The position numbers and the translations under genes were made by a program. The notes below the pieces were generated by a model. It ran no database searches and had not been told where the DNA came from. It was given only the letters and a program-made list of their open reading frames with translations. Of a DNA stretch of 64,000 nucleotides, positions 13,082-26,090 are shown piece after piece. This DNA is from Octopus sinensis (lineage: Eukaryota). The stretch covers positions 72,912,001 to 72,976,000 of the forward strand of contig NC_043005.1 of the NCBI RefSeq assembly GCF_006345805.1. The letters run 5' to 3'. Within the stretch, counting starts at the first letter, position 1; the number at the start of each line of letters is the position of its first letter.

Positions 13082-13325
13082 ACATATATATATATATATA
13101 CATATATATATATTATACATATATATATATACATATATATATACATAATATATACTATATATATATATATACATATATATATACATATATATATATATAT
13201 CTACATATATATATATATACATATATATTATATATATATATACATATATACAATATTCTTATACAATATATATATATATATAATATATATATATATAATA
13301 TATTAATAATAATTATAATATATAT
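12968..13325. repeat. (TA)n-rich microsatellite, right flank of the LINE
   Basis: Directly visible repeat. Confidence 0.95.
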
Positions 13326-13332
13326 TATATAC

Positions 13333-13473
13333 ATGCAGCACGGATTTTTGTCAGTGAACAGGTCGCGGATTTTAGCGACGAAAATATTTTGACAAATTAA
13401 ACTTAAATGTTGAAGTGAATCGAACGGCTTTTGTGTGTTTCTTAAATGGCTTATAAACACCTTCCACGCTGCA

Positions 13474-13525
<52 letters not shown>

Positions 13526-13912
13526 AAATAATGAGGGTGATAAATTTATACTAATTTAATTACATCAATTTAAAACCAGTGGCCTAGCATATAGAAGAAT
13601 CTGAAAATTCAGAAAAATTGTATTACATGGGTATAAGAAGAAATGACCTATAAGTGGACATCCAATATGCTAGAAATAGATCGCCTATGATCTAACCACA
13701 AAGAAAAGAATGTTCTCTAGAAAAATTCAGCAAACACTAGAACATAAGCGGGTAAGATAAATGAAAATATACAAAATAAAGAATAAATCATAGACCGGTC
13801 GTCATTAACGGCGTTACTTACGTAACAACGTCCGTGGCTCTTCAGTACGACCGTTCTAATTCAATATAATTTGCAGAACTATACACGGGTTCACTGACAA
13901 AATCCATGCTGC
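13333..13912. mobile_element. Non-autonomous element with about 27-bp terminal inverted repeats; body shared with 56780-57150
   Basis: atgcagcacggatttttgtcagtgaac (13334) is inverted against gttcactgacaaaatccatgctgcat (13887-13912); internal 13540-13890 is the reverse complement of 56780-57150. Confidence 0.7.
13788..13850 (-). ncRNA. Degenerate type-I hammerhead ribozyme motif
   Basis: Minus strand tcgta-CTGAAGA-gcc...gacgaccGGTC-tatga; stem I and GUC retained, GAAA box damaged. Confidence 0.45.
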
Positions 13913-14631
13913 ATCTCGGATGCAGCACGGATTTTTATACACGAGTTGTCCTCATAAAATTAGACGTGTTCTACCGATTACATTGGGGTTATTTTCAAAT
14001 GTCTCGGGGACTGGCGCATGTGCAGTCGGGCAGAGTCTCTTGCATGAGCAGTCGGTCAGAGATTGACTGCTTGAAGAGTCATGTAAAGATAGCGCATGCG
14101 CAGTTGGTCAAAAATCCGCCCATGCGCTGTCGAACAGAGATTCGCGCATGCGCTGTCGATCAATATATATATATAGCATTGTATAACATGCTATACAAAG
14201 GAGTCGATTTGTTCAATCGAATTTATAGGCTAAGATCCTAGATCCAAGTCTAAAGGAAGCGATATATTGTAGGACTGGTTCCTAACTCGGAGAATTTTGC
14301 TTCTATTTATATTTATTCAACAATACAACAACGATAAGAACAATGTCAATAATAATAATGAGAATAATAAAAACAATGGCAATAAAACATAAAAGTTATT
14401 GGTAAATGAAAGAAAAACATTGGTGGAATAAAGTTTCAAGTGTTGAGAAAGAAAAAGAGAGAAATGCTAAGAAAAAAATTGTATTGAGAAAAAATAAGTA
14501 TTTGCAAGTTAAATAAATTTTATATGAAAAGAAAATACAATTAATTGAAAACATCTGCCCTGGAGCGGTTCTGTCTCAAATGAATGTCTCTGGATATAAG
14601 AGTTCAACTATCTTGCTAATATTTAATACAA

Positions 14632-15602
14632 CGAGCTAGCAGAAATGTTAGCACGCCGGGTGAAATGCTTAGAGGTATTTCATGTCTTAACGTTCATCGT
14701 TTCGGGGTCAATGAATTAAGTACCAGTTGCGTACTGAGGTCGATCTAATCGACTGCCCCCTCCCTCTCCAAAAACCTCGGGCCTTGTACCTAGAGTAGAA
14801 ACATATATAATATAATGTGTGTTTTTGAAGGCGGCGAGCTGGCAGAATCGTTAGCACGCCGGACGAAATGCTTAGCGTTATTTCATCTGCCGTTACGTTC
14901 TGAGTTCAAATTCCGCCGTGGTTGACTTTGCCTTTCACTCTTTCGAGGTCGATTAAATAAGTACCAGTTACGCACTGGGGTCGATATAATCAACTTAATC
15001 CGTTTGTCTGTCCTTGTTTGTCCCCTCTGTGTTTAGCCCCTTGTGGGTAGTAAAGAAATAGGTATTTCGTCTGTCTTTGCGTTTTGAGTTCAAATTCCAC
15101 AGAGGTCGACTTTGCCTTTCATCCCTTCGGAGTCGATAAATTTAGTACCAGTTACGCACAGGGGTCGATGTAATCGACTTAATCCGTTTGTCTGTCCTTG
15201 TTTGTCCCCTCTGTGTGTAGCACCTTGTGGGCAGTAAAGAAATAAGAAACGTTAACACGCCGGGTGAGATGCTTAGCGGTATTTCGTCTGTTGTTACGTT
15301 GTGAGTTCAAATTCCGCCGAGGTCGACTTTGCCTTTCATCCTTTCGGGGTCGATAAATTAAGTACCAGTTCCGCACTGGGGTCGATGTAATCGACTTAAT
15401 ACCTATGTCTGTCCTTGTTTGTCCCCTCTATTTTTAGCCCCTTGTGGGTAATAAAGAAATAGGTATTTCGTCTGTCTTTACGTTCTGATTTCAAATTCCA
15501 CCAGGTTGGCTTTGCCTTTTATCCTTTCGGGCTCGATAAATTAAGTACCAGTTGCGTCCTGGGTTCGATCTAATCGACTGGCCCCTTCCCCCCAAATTTC
15601 GG
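14632..15602 (+). mobile_element. SINE family B cluster: one degraded copy plus a tandem array of about four 180-bp units
   Basis: Head ggcggcgagctggcagaatcgttagcacgcc at about 14830; repeated ggtatttcgtctg...gagttcaaattcc...cctttcatcctttcggggtcgataaattaagtaccag...gtaaagaaata units starting near 14878, 15061, 15279 and 15462. Confidence 0.9.
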
Positions 15603-16779
15603 TATGCGTGTGTGTGTGTGTGTGTGTGTATTTCTTTCCTGGGGATAAAAAATTATTGTTGTCAAGGATTATCCTAGCAGATAATCTAGCCTAGCAGACC
15701 CAACAGCAAAGTTATTCTAGTTGTGTTACCCTGCCCCAGTCGTTTCCAAGTTATATTGAAGGGTATTATCGAATATGCCATTTCGGTGCTACCTGCGAAG
15801 AGATGAACATTTTTGTGGCTGTTGTTGTTGATGAAAATGATGAGAATGCTTAGTCCCAAGATAATCTTGACCGAACAGACCTATGATAAAAGCCATTCAG
15901 GCGTGGCCACCTCGTCTTTTTGACATTATGTTTTCAATTACCTTATTCTGTGGAGTCTTTCATTATATAAAACGGTTTGTTGTTATTAGAAATCGGGTAT
16001 TTTGCTGGTATTTCCAGCCGTTCATTATGTGACTACGGTGATCCCATCACGGCTAAAAATCATAACGTTCGTAGATGAATACGTTACGAGGCTTTGATTC
16101 GAATTTTGGGTACAACCATATTATTTCAAATATGTTGTTATTGTTTTGAAGAAAGGCATCAACATCATTTTCGAATTTCTTTAAACCAATAACTTGATCA
16201 CACAGTCTGCTAGAAATGACAGCCAAGTCGTCTTCCAGTCGCACCATACCATTATAAATAAGCAAAAGAAACATTGGATTATGCAGTCTTAAATATACAC
16301 ACCAAAACTACGGAGTGATGAAACTAAAATACCTTTCGTCAGATGTCTATACGGTCAAGGATTTCTTTGGGCGAAATTTTGGTTTTACAATTTGGCACAA
16401 TGCCATCAGTTATTACACCACCCCAGGGATATATTTTGTGATTGCGATCAAACTAATGGTAAAGCGTATTCCAGCTGTGACAAATCTTTTTTAATGAGTT
16501 TTTAGGACTACATCAGCTACTAGGTACCTTCTTTTTATGATGCCATTGTTTACGAATCGCATGACCCTAGTGCCTTACACTATTCAATGGTTAGTTTCCT
16601 ACATAGATTAGCTATTATCCTTCATTTATACCTCATAGCAATGATTTCTGGTAATAATCAATAATTTGAGAGGAATGGTTCTTCTAAACTAATTACGTTC
16701 AGCTGGGAGTCACAAGTTATGGAAGTTTCTCGCTCAAAATGCTTTGAAGGAAACCGTTGAAGATGTATTGTTCCTGTCA

Positions 16780-18000
16780 AAAAATAAAATTTCAAACCAG
16801 CGATGGAAGAAAAATGGGAATTCTTTCTACCCCAAATTAAGTACTTAGGGCAAATAATTGATATAAATGGTAGACGTCCCGTCGAGGACAGACGCAAGCT
16901 GTAGGTGATGAGTATATTACGAAAATAAAAGAAGCTTTAAAAAATAAACAAAATAAAAATTCAGGTGCCAGTAGGTTTTCAATTTACGTCGATACTCTGA
17001 TGCATGCCCAAAGAGTGGTGGTTCAAACTACATTACAAAAAGGTGTATTGCAATAATTTCACAGCGGACATCCAGGAATGGCAAGGATGAAGGCTCTGAT
17101 GAGGAGTTATGTCTATTGGCCGTCTATAGACAGATATATCGAAAACTTGCTGAGAACGTGCCGAGGTTGTGCACTCGCGACCAAGCCCCGACAGTAAAAT
17201 ATCAATCGTAGCCAGAGATGAAGAACCCCTGGTCTAGGCTACACATTGAATTGACTATGTCGGATCGGTAAACGACGCTTACTATCTAATTGTAGTATAT
17301 AGCTGTACTAAGTGGCCGGAGATTTGAAGGTACTATAGACCAACCTCTAAGACAGCTATAAAGTTCTTATACAAATTGTTTGCGCGATACAGTGTCCCTG
17401 ACATGCTAGCTTCAGACAACGGAACGCAGTTCTCTGGGTATGGATTCAAGAACTTCTGCAAAAGGCATGCGATAAAATATATTTTCAGTCCACCTTACCA
17501 CCCAAGGTCAAACGGGAATGTAGAAAGATTTGTGGTCACATTTCAGAGAGCGTTAAGAAAATGGTTATTACATTTTTAATAATAAAATAAGATGTGTCGT
17601 AATATATTGTCCTCGATATCCTACGTCAGAAACAAAGATTGCTAGAGATATTTGATTCTCAAAAACATCATCAAAAACAGATAAATATTTTGATTATTGT
17701 AACCTAATTCTAATGGGTCCACATCGATATGAAAAGAATTCACAGAAGGATATACTGAAGAAGAAGACACACGATATTACATTTTTCGGTATCACACGGT
17801 CGTTGTTTCGATCAACAAAAATTGCTTAAAACATGAATATCTAATTTCGTTGGTATAACAATGTTACAAGAAAAGAAAATTGATTTCATATTTTAGAATA
17901 TAAAAACAAAATAGAAATCTAGGAACCGTAAATAAATTAAATTTCTTAAAATGTCTACAAATATGAAGAAAAACACTTAAATTAGTTTTAACAAACAGAC
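16780..18000 (+). mobile_element. Ty3/gypsy LTR-retrotransposon remnant (RT C-terminus fused to integrase)
   Basis: EKWEFFLPQIKYLGQII; HSGHPGMARMKALMRSYVYWP...CRGC (HHCC finger); SDNGTQF; SPPYHPRSNGNVERFV. Multiple stops; no LTR identified. Confidence 0.88.
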
Positions 18001-18414
18001 AATTTATTTCTAAAGAGGGTGAAGAAAAAAGAGGCAACAGTAAAATGTATGCTGTTTGCTAATTTTTATTTGGGAAATGTTATTTAAGAGGTTTTTTTTG
18101 TCAATAATATCAGCTGCGTCGTTGGTCCTAATACAAAGTTAAAGTGATTTTCTACAGCAGACTTAACAGTTTTTTCTCCCAGAAGCTATTTGGTGCCACA
18201 GAAATGTCAAGAGTTTTGTATGCTAAATAGTTCATTGTTGTGTTATATCTTCTGTTCATACAATATTCCTCGTACTCTTTTCTAAACATATATTATTTAC
18301 CTATTGTTTTGGATGTTGGCGTCGATAAGGATAGTGAACAATACCGGTTGGCGACAATAGCCTTATAGAGAAAACACAGAATTACTCATACTTCAATATG
18401 ACAAACCCGCTACA

Positions 18415-18532
18415 TTCTTCTTCTTCTTCTTCTTCTTCTTCTTCTTCTTCTTCTTCTTCTTCTTCTTCTTCTTCTTCTTCTTCTTCTTCTTCTTCTTCTT
18501 CTTCATTTTTTCTTCTTCTTCATTTTTTCTTT

Positions 18533-18571
<39 letters not shown>

Positions 18572-18639
18572 TTCTTCATTATCATCATCATCTTCTTTTT
18601 CATCTTCTTCTTCTACTCCCCCTCCTCCTCCTCCTCCTC

Positions 18640-18670
<31 letters not shown>

Positions 18671-18843
18671 CTCATCTTCTTCTTCTCCTTCTTCTTCTTC
18701 TTCTTCTTCATCATCTTCTTCATCATCTTCTTCTTCATCATCTTCTTTTTCTTCTTCTTCATCATCTTCTTCTTTTTCTTCTTCTTCTTCTTCTTCTTCT
18801 TCTCCTTCTTCTTCTCCTCCTCCTCCTTCTACTCCTTCTTCTT
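18415..18843. repeat. Compound (TTC)n/(ATC)n/(TCC)n microsatellite
   Basis: Directly visible repeat. Confidence 0.95.
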
Positions 18844-19300
18844 CTATAGAGAGCTGGTAGAAGGGAAGTGCGACGACGTTCTCGGAGAAAATCTTGGTGT
18901 CGACGATGATCAACTAACCGGTCGGTTTCGGAGAACTTTCGGGCCTAGGCCTATGGATAACTTCCAGAAATTCCTTGCCTGGCAGGGCTACTGAGTGGAG
19001 CTGCCTGTTCGAGATAAACTTTACAGGTACAGAAGTGCCGTCAGCCGGGCCTGTCTGAGGTGCACCCAGAACGATGAAACCGTTCTGCACGCCCTCGACC
19101 GCTGCCCGAGTATTGCTGACTTGTAGGTTTATGTCGAACACCTGCTGTCACGTGTGGGATGTATCCGGCTATCAGCTGAATCCATAGTGAACATTGCCCC
19201 GCCGCCCTCCTGTAGCCGGGAGGGGCAGGCAGTTTTGGTTTGTCTGATGAATGTAGCGAAAGAGATAGTATGGTGGACTCGTCTGAAAGGGCTAAAGTCA
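18844..19300 (+). mobile_element. L1/Tx1-clade LINE fragment, C-terminal zinc-binding region of ORF2
   Basis: YRELVEG...AWQGY*VELPVRDKL...ACLRCTQNDETVLHALDRCP...AKEIVWWTR (C-x2-C...ET..H...C zf-RVT pattern); in-frame stops. Confidence 0.8.
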
Positions 19301-19307
19301 TACATTT

Positions 19308-19741
<434 letters not shown>

Positions 19742-19884
19742 ACCGGTTGATAAAGTAAATACCACTGGGATTGATGCAATTAATCGACTTGCCGCTTTTA
19801 CTCACCCTTAAAGATGCAGGCCTTTGTGCAAAAAGCTGACCCATCATCATCATCATCATCATCATCTACTGATAATCTCTTCAG

Positions 19885-19938
19885 ACGTGTTTTTATGAGT
19901 GGCTCCTCGAACTGAAGAATTATACTGCGTACAATCAT
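19885..19938 (+). CDS. Putative 54-nt internal coding exon (TCFYEWLLELKNYTAYNH), phase 0-0
   Basis: Acceptor ...ctcttcag, donor gtaagt at 19939; only one open frame; unique sequence. No homology recognised. Confidence 0.4.
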
Positions 19939-21371
19939 GTAAGTTTTAACGTTATTTGTACACAAAAGAGATCAAAAAGTTTATCTATGAAGTGTTTAAA
20001 CAATAAGGCGTCCTGTTTCTTTTCAAAATATCTGTTATCTAGTGAAAACATCCTGTAAACATACAGCCAAAGGAAGAAATGTTTCTTAAACACTCCGCAA
20101 AGGGAAATTAAGCTTTCAACAAACGGACATCTGCGAGCGACAAAGTAAACGAAAACAGTTTTTATTGTCAAAACAAAACGTAGCAGAACGCTCAAAAATA
20201 TTAGTATAACGGAATATCAAAAGCGAGTTCATTTGAAGTAACAGTAGATGCACACACACGAGCACGCGTGCATATGTACATAGTTATTTGGTACACTTCT
20301 TGTCTATATTTTCTAGTGTTGCTAGCAACACAACAGGTCACCAACAGACATCCCACGTACACTGCAAAGATGGCACCCTTCATCTCTTTATCAGCTCATC
20401 TAAGAGAACGTATCTCCATATAAATCTTATATCCTGATAATGAGTAGGAGCGCGTCACTAGTTGTAGCAGACGATACAAGATTGACGGACGGAAGGGTGT
20501 GATTAGCTCTGCACAAACCATGCCCACTATTATAACATCCAGCGTGCAGATTGATAGCAAACCAAACCATCGATGATGCTGTTAGACAGGAAGACCTTAT
20601 TGCTGCACGTGCGATAACATCAATCACTTAACATCCTTCTGTCCACAAAGATAGCAACAACAGGTTATCGTCAATTTTAACCAACTTTCTTGAAGCATCA
20701 CTTTTTATGTATCCCTAACGCATCACTCTTACCCCCAAATTTCACTGATTTCATTGTGTAACGTGGGTCGTTTCGCTTTCTAATAAGCGACAATTTGTCA
20801 GAAGGCTTTTGTACGGTTCTGTACTTGCAAAGACCTAGTTAAAAACGATTGTAAATGTAGTAATAATATACATAGAATCCTTATTGATATCACTCTATTA
20901 AATTTATACAATTATAACTAGTAATAGTATTGGTATCGTTCACTTGCCCCTGTGGGGTGGATACAGCTGATAATCAGATCGAACTTCTGAAGATCAATGT
21001 CTTTAAGGAAAGACAAAATTAGAGACGGTATTCTTATGTTATTTTTAACTTCGACAAAGATGAAACTGTAAAACGTTTTGTGCGGAATCTGAGGGAACAT
21101 AACATTTAAATATATCTTTGAATCTTTGAATACAGAATAAATTTTATGGAGGACACAGCGACTCAACTGATAATGAGACGTGATTAAATAACTATGTCAC
21201 TTGTCATTAACTTAGTTATTAACTAAAAGTAGTATGATAGCGCCGTTTTTTTGAGGTTCTTGTTTTACAACCAAGGTCGGCTACGAGCAACAGACTTTAT
21301 GATCAAGGTTTTATTCCAACTACAATCAACCTCTGTTATTCATTTAAGATGAAAGGATATTATATTGCCTA

Positions 21372-21465
21372 TAATATAATATAATATAATATAATATAAT
21401 ATAATATAATATAATATAATATAATATAATATGATATAATATGATATAATATAATATAATATAAC
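21372..21465. repeat. (TAATA)n pentanucleotide repeat
   Basis: Directly visible repeat. Confidence 0.95.
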
Positions 21466-22464
21466 TGATGGTGTGTTTATCTTTATTAACATTTAGTGTA
21501 ATCTGTTTTAGATTTTTTAAGTAAGCAGTATTTTATCTTCTTCAGTAAATCTAATATGGGTGTTTTTAATGATGTGTATGTTGCCGTTGTTAAGTAAACT
21601 TCAGAGGAAATGAATAGGTAGAAGAAACGAGAATTCCGCTATAAAGTGGTTCGGTGAAAATAATAAAACCGGAAAGACTTGATAGAATTGTGACCAAAAT
21701 AGATTTAGTGATGATCAATGAGAAAATATTGAAACTTACAACGGATGTAGCCTGAAATCAAGCGAGAATCCTAAGCATTGATAACATCGTGTATGAATAT
21801 ATGAGAATTAAATGAGCAACAGTGACCAATGATTCGTAAAGACTTGGGTAAACTCAAATTGTAGTAATTAGAAGTAAAATAAGAAGAGAGCGAAAGAGAG
21901 AAATACAGACAGAATAAGAAAGAAAAAGAGAGTGAGTCAGATAAGCAAGATACAAAATGAGAAGGAGGACGAGAGAAAAGCGAAGAATAAAATCAGCTTT
22001 TTAGACTTGTTATCTTCAAATACCAAACAGGTAAACGCTTATAAAAATTAATCAGCTGTTAATATGGTGATAAGATGCTATCATCAAATATATGTGTATA
22101 TCTGAGGTTATCATATTCTAAGACAATAAAATCTGAGGATTCTGAAGATAGTTTACGTCAGCAAGAATTAATACAAATAGTTAACATTAGATTATGTTTT
22201 ATACCGTGAGAAAGAAGGAGGAGTCTGACATTTTGTGAAGATCCATGTACTGGAGAGAGAGAGATAAAAGCAAAATCATTTCTGTATAGTCACTCTCCTA
22301 CAAATATTTTTGGCCGAACCACGAAAATTATCTTCGTAACGGCAAACAGTTTATTCTTCTGTTTGAATTCTTTGAGGTCACTATGGGAAAGTAACCAGTA
22401 AACCAAAAGACATATAGATTAGATATTTTCAAGCACTTATTCCTAAATTGTTAAAATACTTTTA

Positions 22465-22627
22465 GGCGCAGGAGTGGCTGTCTAGTAAGTAGCTTGCTTA
22501 CCAACCACATGGTTCCGGGTTCATTCCCACTGCGTGACACTGTGGGCAAGTGTCTTCTACTAAAGCCTCGGGCCGACCAAAGCCTTGTGAGTGGATTTGG
22601 TAGACGGAAACTGAAAGAATCCCGTCG

Positions 22628-22666
<39 letters not shown>

Positions 22667-22871
22667 ATATGTTTGTGTCTGTGTTTGTCTCCCCAACAGC
22701 GTTTGACAACCGATGGTGGTGAGTTTATGTCCCCGTAACTTAGCTTAGCGGTTCGGCAAAAGAGACCGATAGAATAAGTACTAGGTTTACAAAGAATGAG
22801 TCCTGGGGTCGATTTGCTCGACCAAGGGCGGTGCTCCAGCATGGCCGCAGTCAAATGACTGAAGCAAGTAA

Positions 22872-22905
<34 letters not shown>

Positions 22906-23270
22906 CTCTAGGCTTATTCAATTCCGTACAGTAATTCAATGGTCAATTTTGCCTTTCATCTTTCTAATTTCGTGAAAATTATCAACAATGCATGGCGTAC
23001 ATTCAAACTCTAAAGACATTCCAAAATCTATTCTTGTTATCAATGTTCGTTTTACGCAAGCAATTACTTTTTCTCCTTTTGCTGTCATCGCTACTGCTTC
23101 TGTTTCTAGGCGCAGGTGTGGCTGTGTGGTAAGTAGCTTGCTTACCAACCACATGGTTCCGGTTCATTCCCACTGCGTGACACTGTGGGCAAGTGTCTTC
23201 TACTAAAGCCTCGGGCCGACCAAAGCCTTGTGAGTGGATTTGGTAGACGGAAACTGAAAGAATCCCGTCG

Positions 23271-23327
<57 letters not shown>

Positions 23328-24120
23328 TTGTGTCTGTGTTTGTCTCCCCAACAGCGTTTGACAACCGATGGTGGTGAGTTTATGTCCCCGTAACTTAGCT
23401 TAGCGGTTCGGCAAAAGAGACCGATAGAATAAGTACTAGGTTTACAAAGAATGAGTCCTGGGGTCGATTTGCTCGACCAAGGGCGGTGCTCCAGCATGGC
23501 CGCAGTCAAATGACTGAAGCAAGTAAAAGAGAAAGAGAGAGAGAGACTCTAGGCTTATTCAATTCCGTACAGTAATTCAATGGTCAATTTTGCCTTTCAT
23601 CTTTCTAATTTCGTGAAAATTATCAACAATGCATGGCGTACATTCAAACTCTAAAGACATTCCAAAATCTATTCTTGTTATCAATGTTCGTTTTACGCAA
23701 GCAATTACTTTTTCTCCTTTTGCTGTCGTCGCTACTGCTTCTGTTTCTAGGCGCAGGTGTGGCTGTGTGGTAAGTAGCTTGCTTACCAACCACATGGTTC
23801 CGGGTTCATTCCCACTGCGTGACACTGTGGGCAAGTGTCTTCTACTATAGCCTCGGGCCGACCAAAGCCTTGTGAGTGGATTTGGCAGACGGAAACTGAA
23901 AGAAGCTCGTCGTATATATGTATATATATGTATGTGTTTGTGTGTCTGTGTTTGTTCCCCTAACATCGCTTGACAACCGATGGTAGTGTGATTATGTTCC
24001 CGTAACTTAGCGGTTCGGCATAAGAGACCGATAGAATAAGTATTACAAAGAATAAATCCTGGGGTCGATTTGCTCGACTAAAAAGGTCAAATGACTGAAA
24101 CACTTAAATGAGTAAAAGAA
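22465..24120 (+). mobile_element. Three SINE family A copies in a tandem duplication (starts 22465, 23109, 23750)
   Basis: ggcgcagg(a/t)gtggctg heads about 642 bp apart, separated by two nearly identical unique spacers of about 200 bp. Confidence 0.92.
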
Positions 24121-24169
24121 TAAATGAGTGTTGCTTAATCACATGTTAATCGCTATCATCTGGATCCCT

Positions 24170-26090
24170 AATCAAACACAATCAAGCTTTTTACTTCAGG
24201 ACAGCGTTATTCTAACTTTAATTAAAATGTTAAGAGTGTAATTTGAGGAAAATTTTATTCCTATTTCCACCCGGAAACTTTAATTTTCTTAAGTACAGCT
24301 TTTATGTGTTCCACATGCTGTTCACGAGAATTACCGTTGATCAAAATATCGTCCAAGTACGAGATCGTAAATTCACAATCAGATAATACAGTATCCATGT
24401 TTTACTGGAATATTGCTCGTGCTTCTTTTAATCCAAAAGATAATCGTGTGTATCCGTAAAATCCTCTGTGTGTATTTGAGCATTTTTCATTTGCTTTTAT
24501 CAGTAAATAGGTGTCAGACAGATCTAATTTGGAAAAAAATTCCTCCATTCAACTTTGAAAAATGTCCTCTGTTGTCGGGAGTGGATGGTGGTATATTTTT
24601 AAGCATAGGGCGGCGAGCTGGCAGAAACGTTAGCACGCCAGGCGAAATGCGTAGCCGTATCTCGTCTGCCGTTGCGTTCTGAGTTCAAATTCCGCCGAGG
24701 TCGACTTTGCCTTTCATCCTTTCAGGGTCGATAAATTAAGTACCAGTTACGCACTGGGGTCGATGTAATCGACTTAACACGTGTCTGTCTTTGTTTATCC
24801 CCTCTGTGTTTAGCCCCTTGTGGGTAATAAAGAAATAGGCATATTTTTAAGCAGTCGTTCAATCTTGTAGAGAAATAGGCACACAATCTAATCTTATCAT
24901 TTCTTTTAATACATAACGTGGGTGCCGCCCACTTCGAGTAATCTACCTTTTTGATGACTCCACTCTTTTCGAGTCTATCCAACTCTTCATTTACTGTTTC
25001 AATTGTCGCGAACGATACTTTCTGTTTCCTTTAAATACAGATGCAGCGTTTTCATTTGCTTGGAAATAGGCCTCCGTCTTTCTATATAGACCCAAATCCT
25101 CTGATAACACTTGCGGGAACATTTTTGCTTCATTTTTTTCTTCAGTTCTTCCGAAGACTTGTTTTTAACGAGACAATCATTTATGTTATTGCAGTAATGA
25201 TTTATGGGGAGGTGCCACAAATCGAATACTTTTAACCAATCTGTGCCAAACAGATTGATTATATTAACGAATAATTTTACTGCGGGTGTCTATTCTCGAA
25301 TGCCCATGAAATGAAATTTATCGACCACGTGCTAATTTCGCTGTTTTACGTAATCTAGGTTTACCAATTCTTTTCCAAGCATCCGCATTTACGATCGAGG
25401 TGTTACTACCTGTGTCTAAATGTAATTTGGTATTCACATAATTTATTTTTACGTGCACGAATTTTCTTGTTTTTCGGTCGCGATCACTCTCCGCTGGAAA
25501 CACCTTAGAACTTTTTTTGTTTGAGCCTCGTAGTCTTGTTCTACAATAAGAACTCCTGTGCCCCAGCTTCTGACAACTATAGCACTTTTTGTTTTTAAAC
25601 GGACAATCCTTTTTGTAGTGTAGGCCTCTAACAACCATAACACGGATTGAGGCCTGACACTTTTTTTATTGTGCTTCCCGGGACGACACATTTGAATTTT
25701 TGCAGAGTCTTAATCTTCTTTTTCTTTTTCTTTATTTTTTCACATCATCTTTAAGATTTACCATAGTCTGACATTCTTCTGCGATGCTCTGTAGAGATAA
25801 ATCCTGATTCGCTTGCTCCATTTTCGAGAGAAACCTTGCCCGAATTTCTCTATCTTCAGGTGCACGAAAATAAGTGATTTGAACATATCCTGATTGACAG
25901 CCTGGAGTTTGAAATTTTCGTACATATGGTTGACTACCTCGGCGTAGGTGATAAAATCCTCTTCCGTACTTTTTGTTAAGTTCCAATACCCCATTTTGGT
26001 GTTGAATAATGAACGTCTACCACAAAAAGTTTAGAAAACAGTTCCACGATTTCTTGGAAACCACTCTCACTCGACTTTTTTGGTAGAATA
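24170..26090 (-). mobile_element. Ty3/gypsy remnant (gag-protease-RT)
   Basis: Minus strand: gag (NLTKSTEEDFITYAEVVN), CCHC knuckle CYSCQKLGHRSSYC, protease LDTGS, RT ...SKWAAP... and YLDD at 24359-24348; frameshifts and stops. Confidence 0.88.
24606..24840 (+). mobile_element. SINE family B inserted into the gypsy RT
   Basis: 13-bp target-site duplication atatttttaagca at 24593-24605 and 24841-24853. Confidence 0.92.

Noticed and set aside
14829-15602. CRISPR-like repeat array
   Set aside because: The units are 180-bp SINE bodies without unique spacers, and the context is eukaryotic.
22451-23966. Repeated ORFs such as MTAAMLEHRPW... and ...ARGYSRRHLP...
   Set aside because: Chance frames through SINE family A, repeated because the SINE is repeated.
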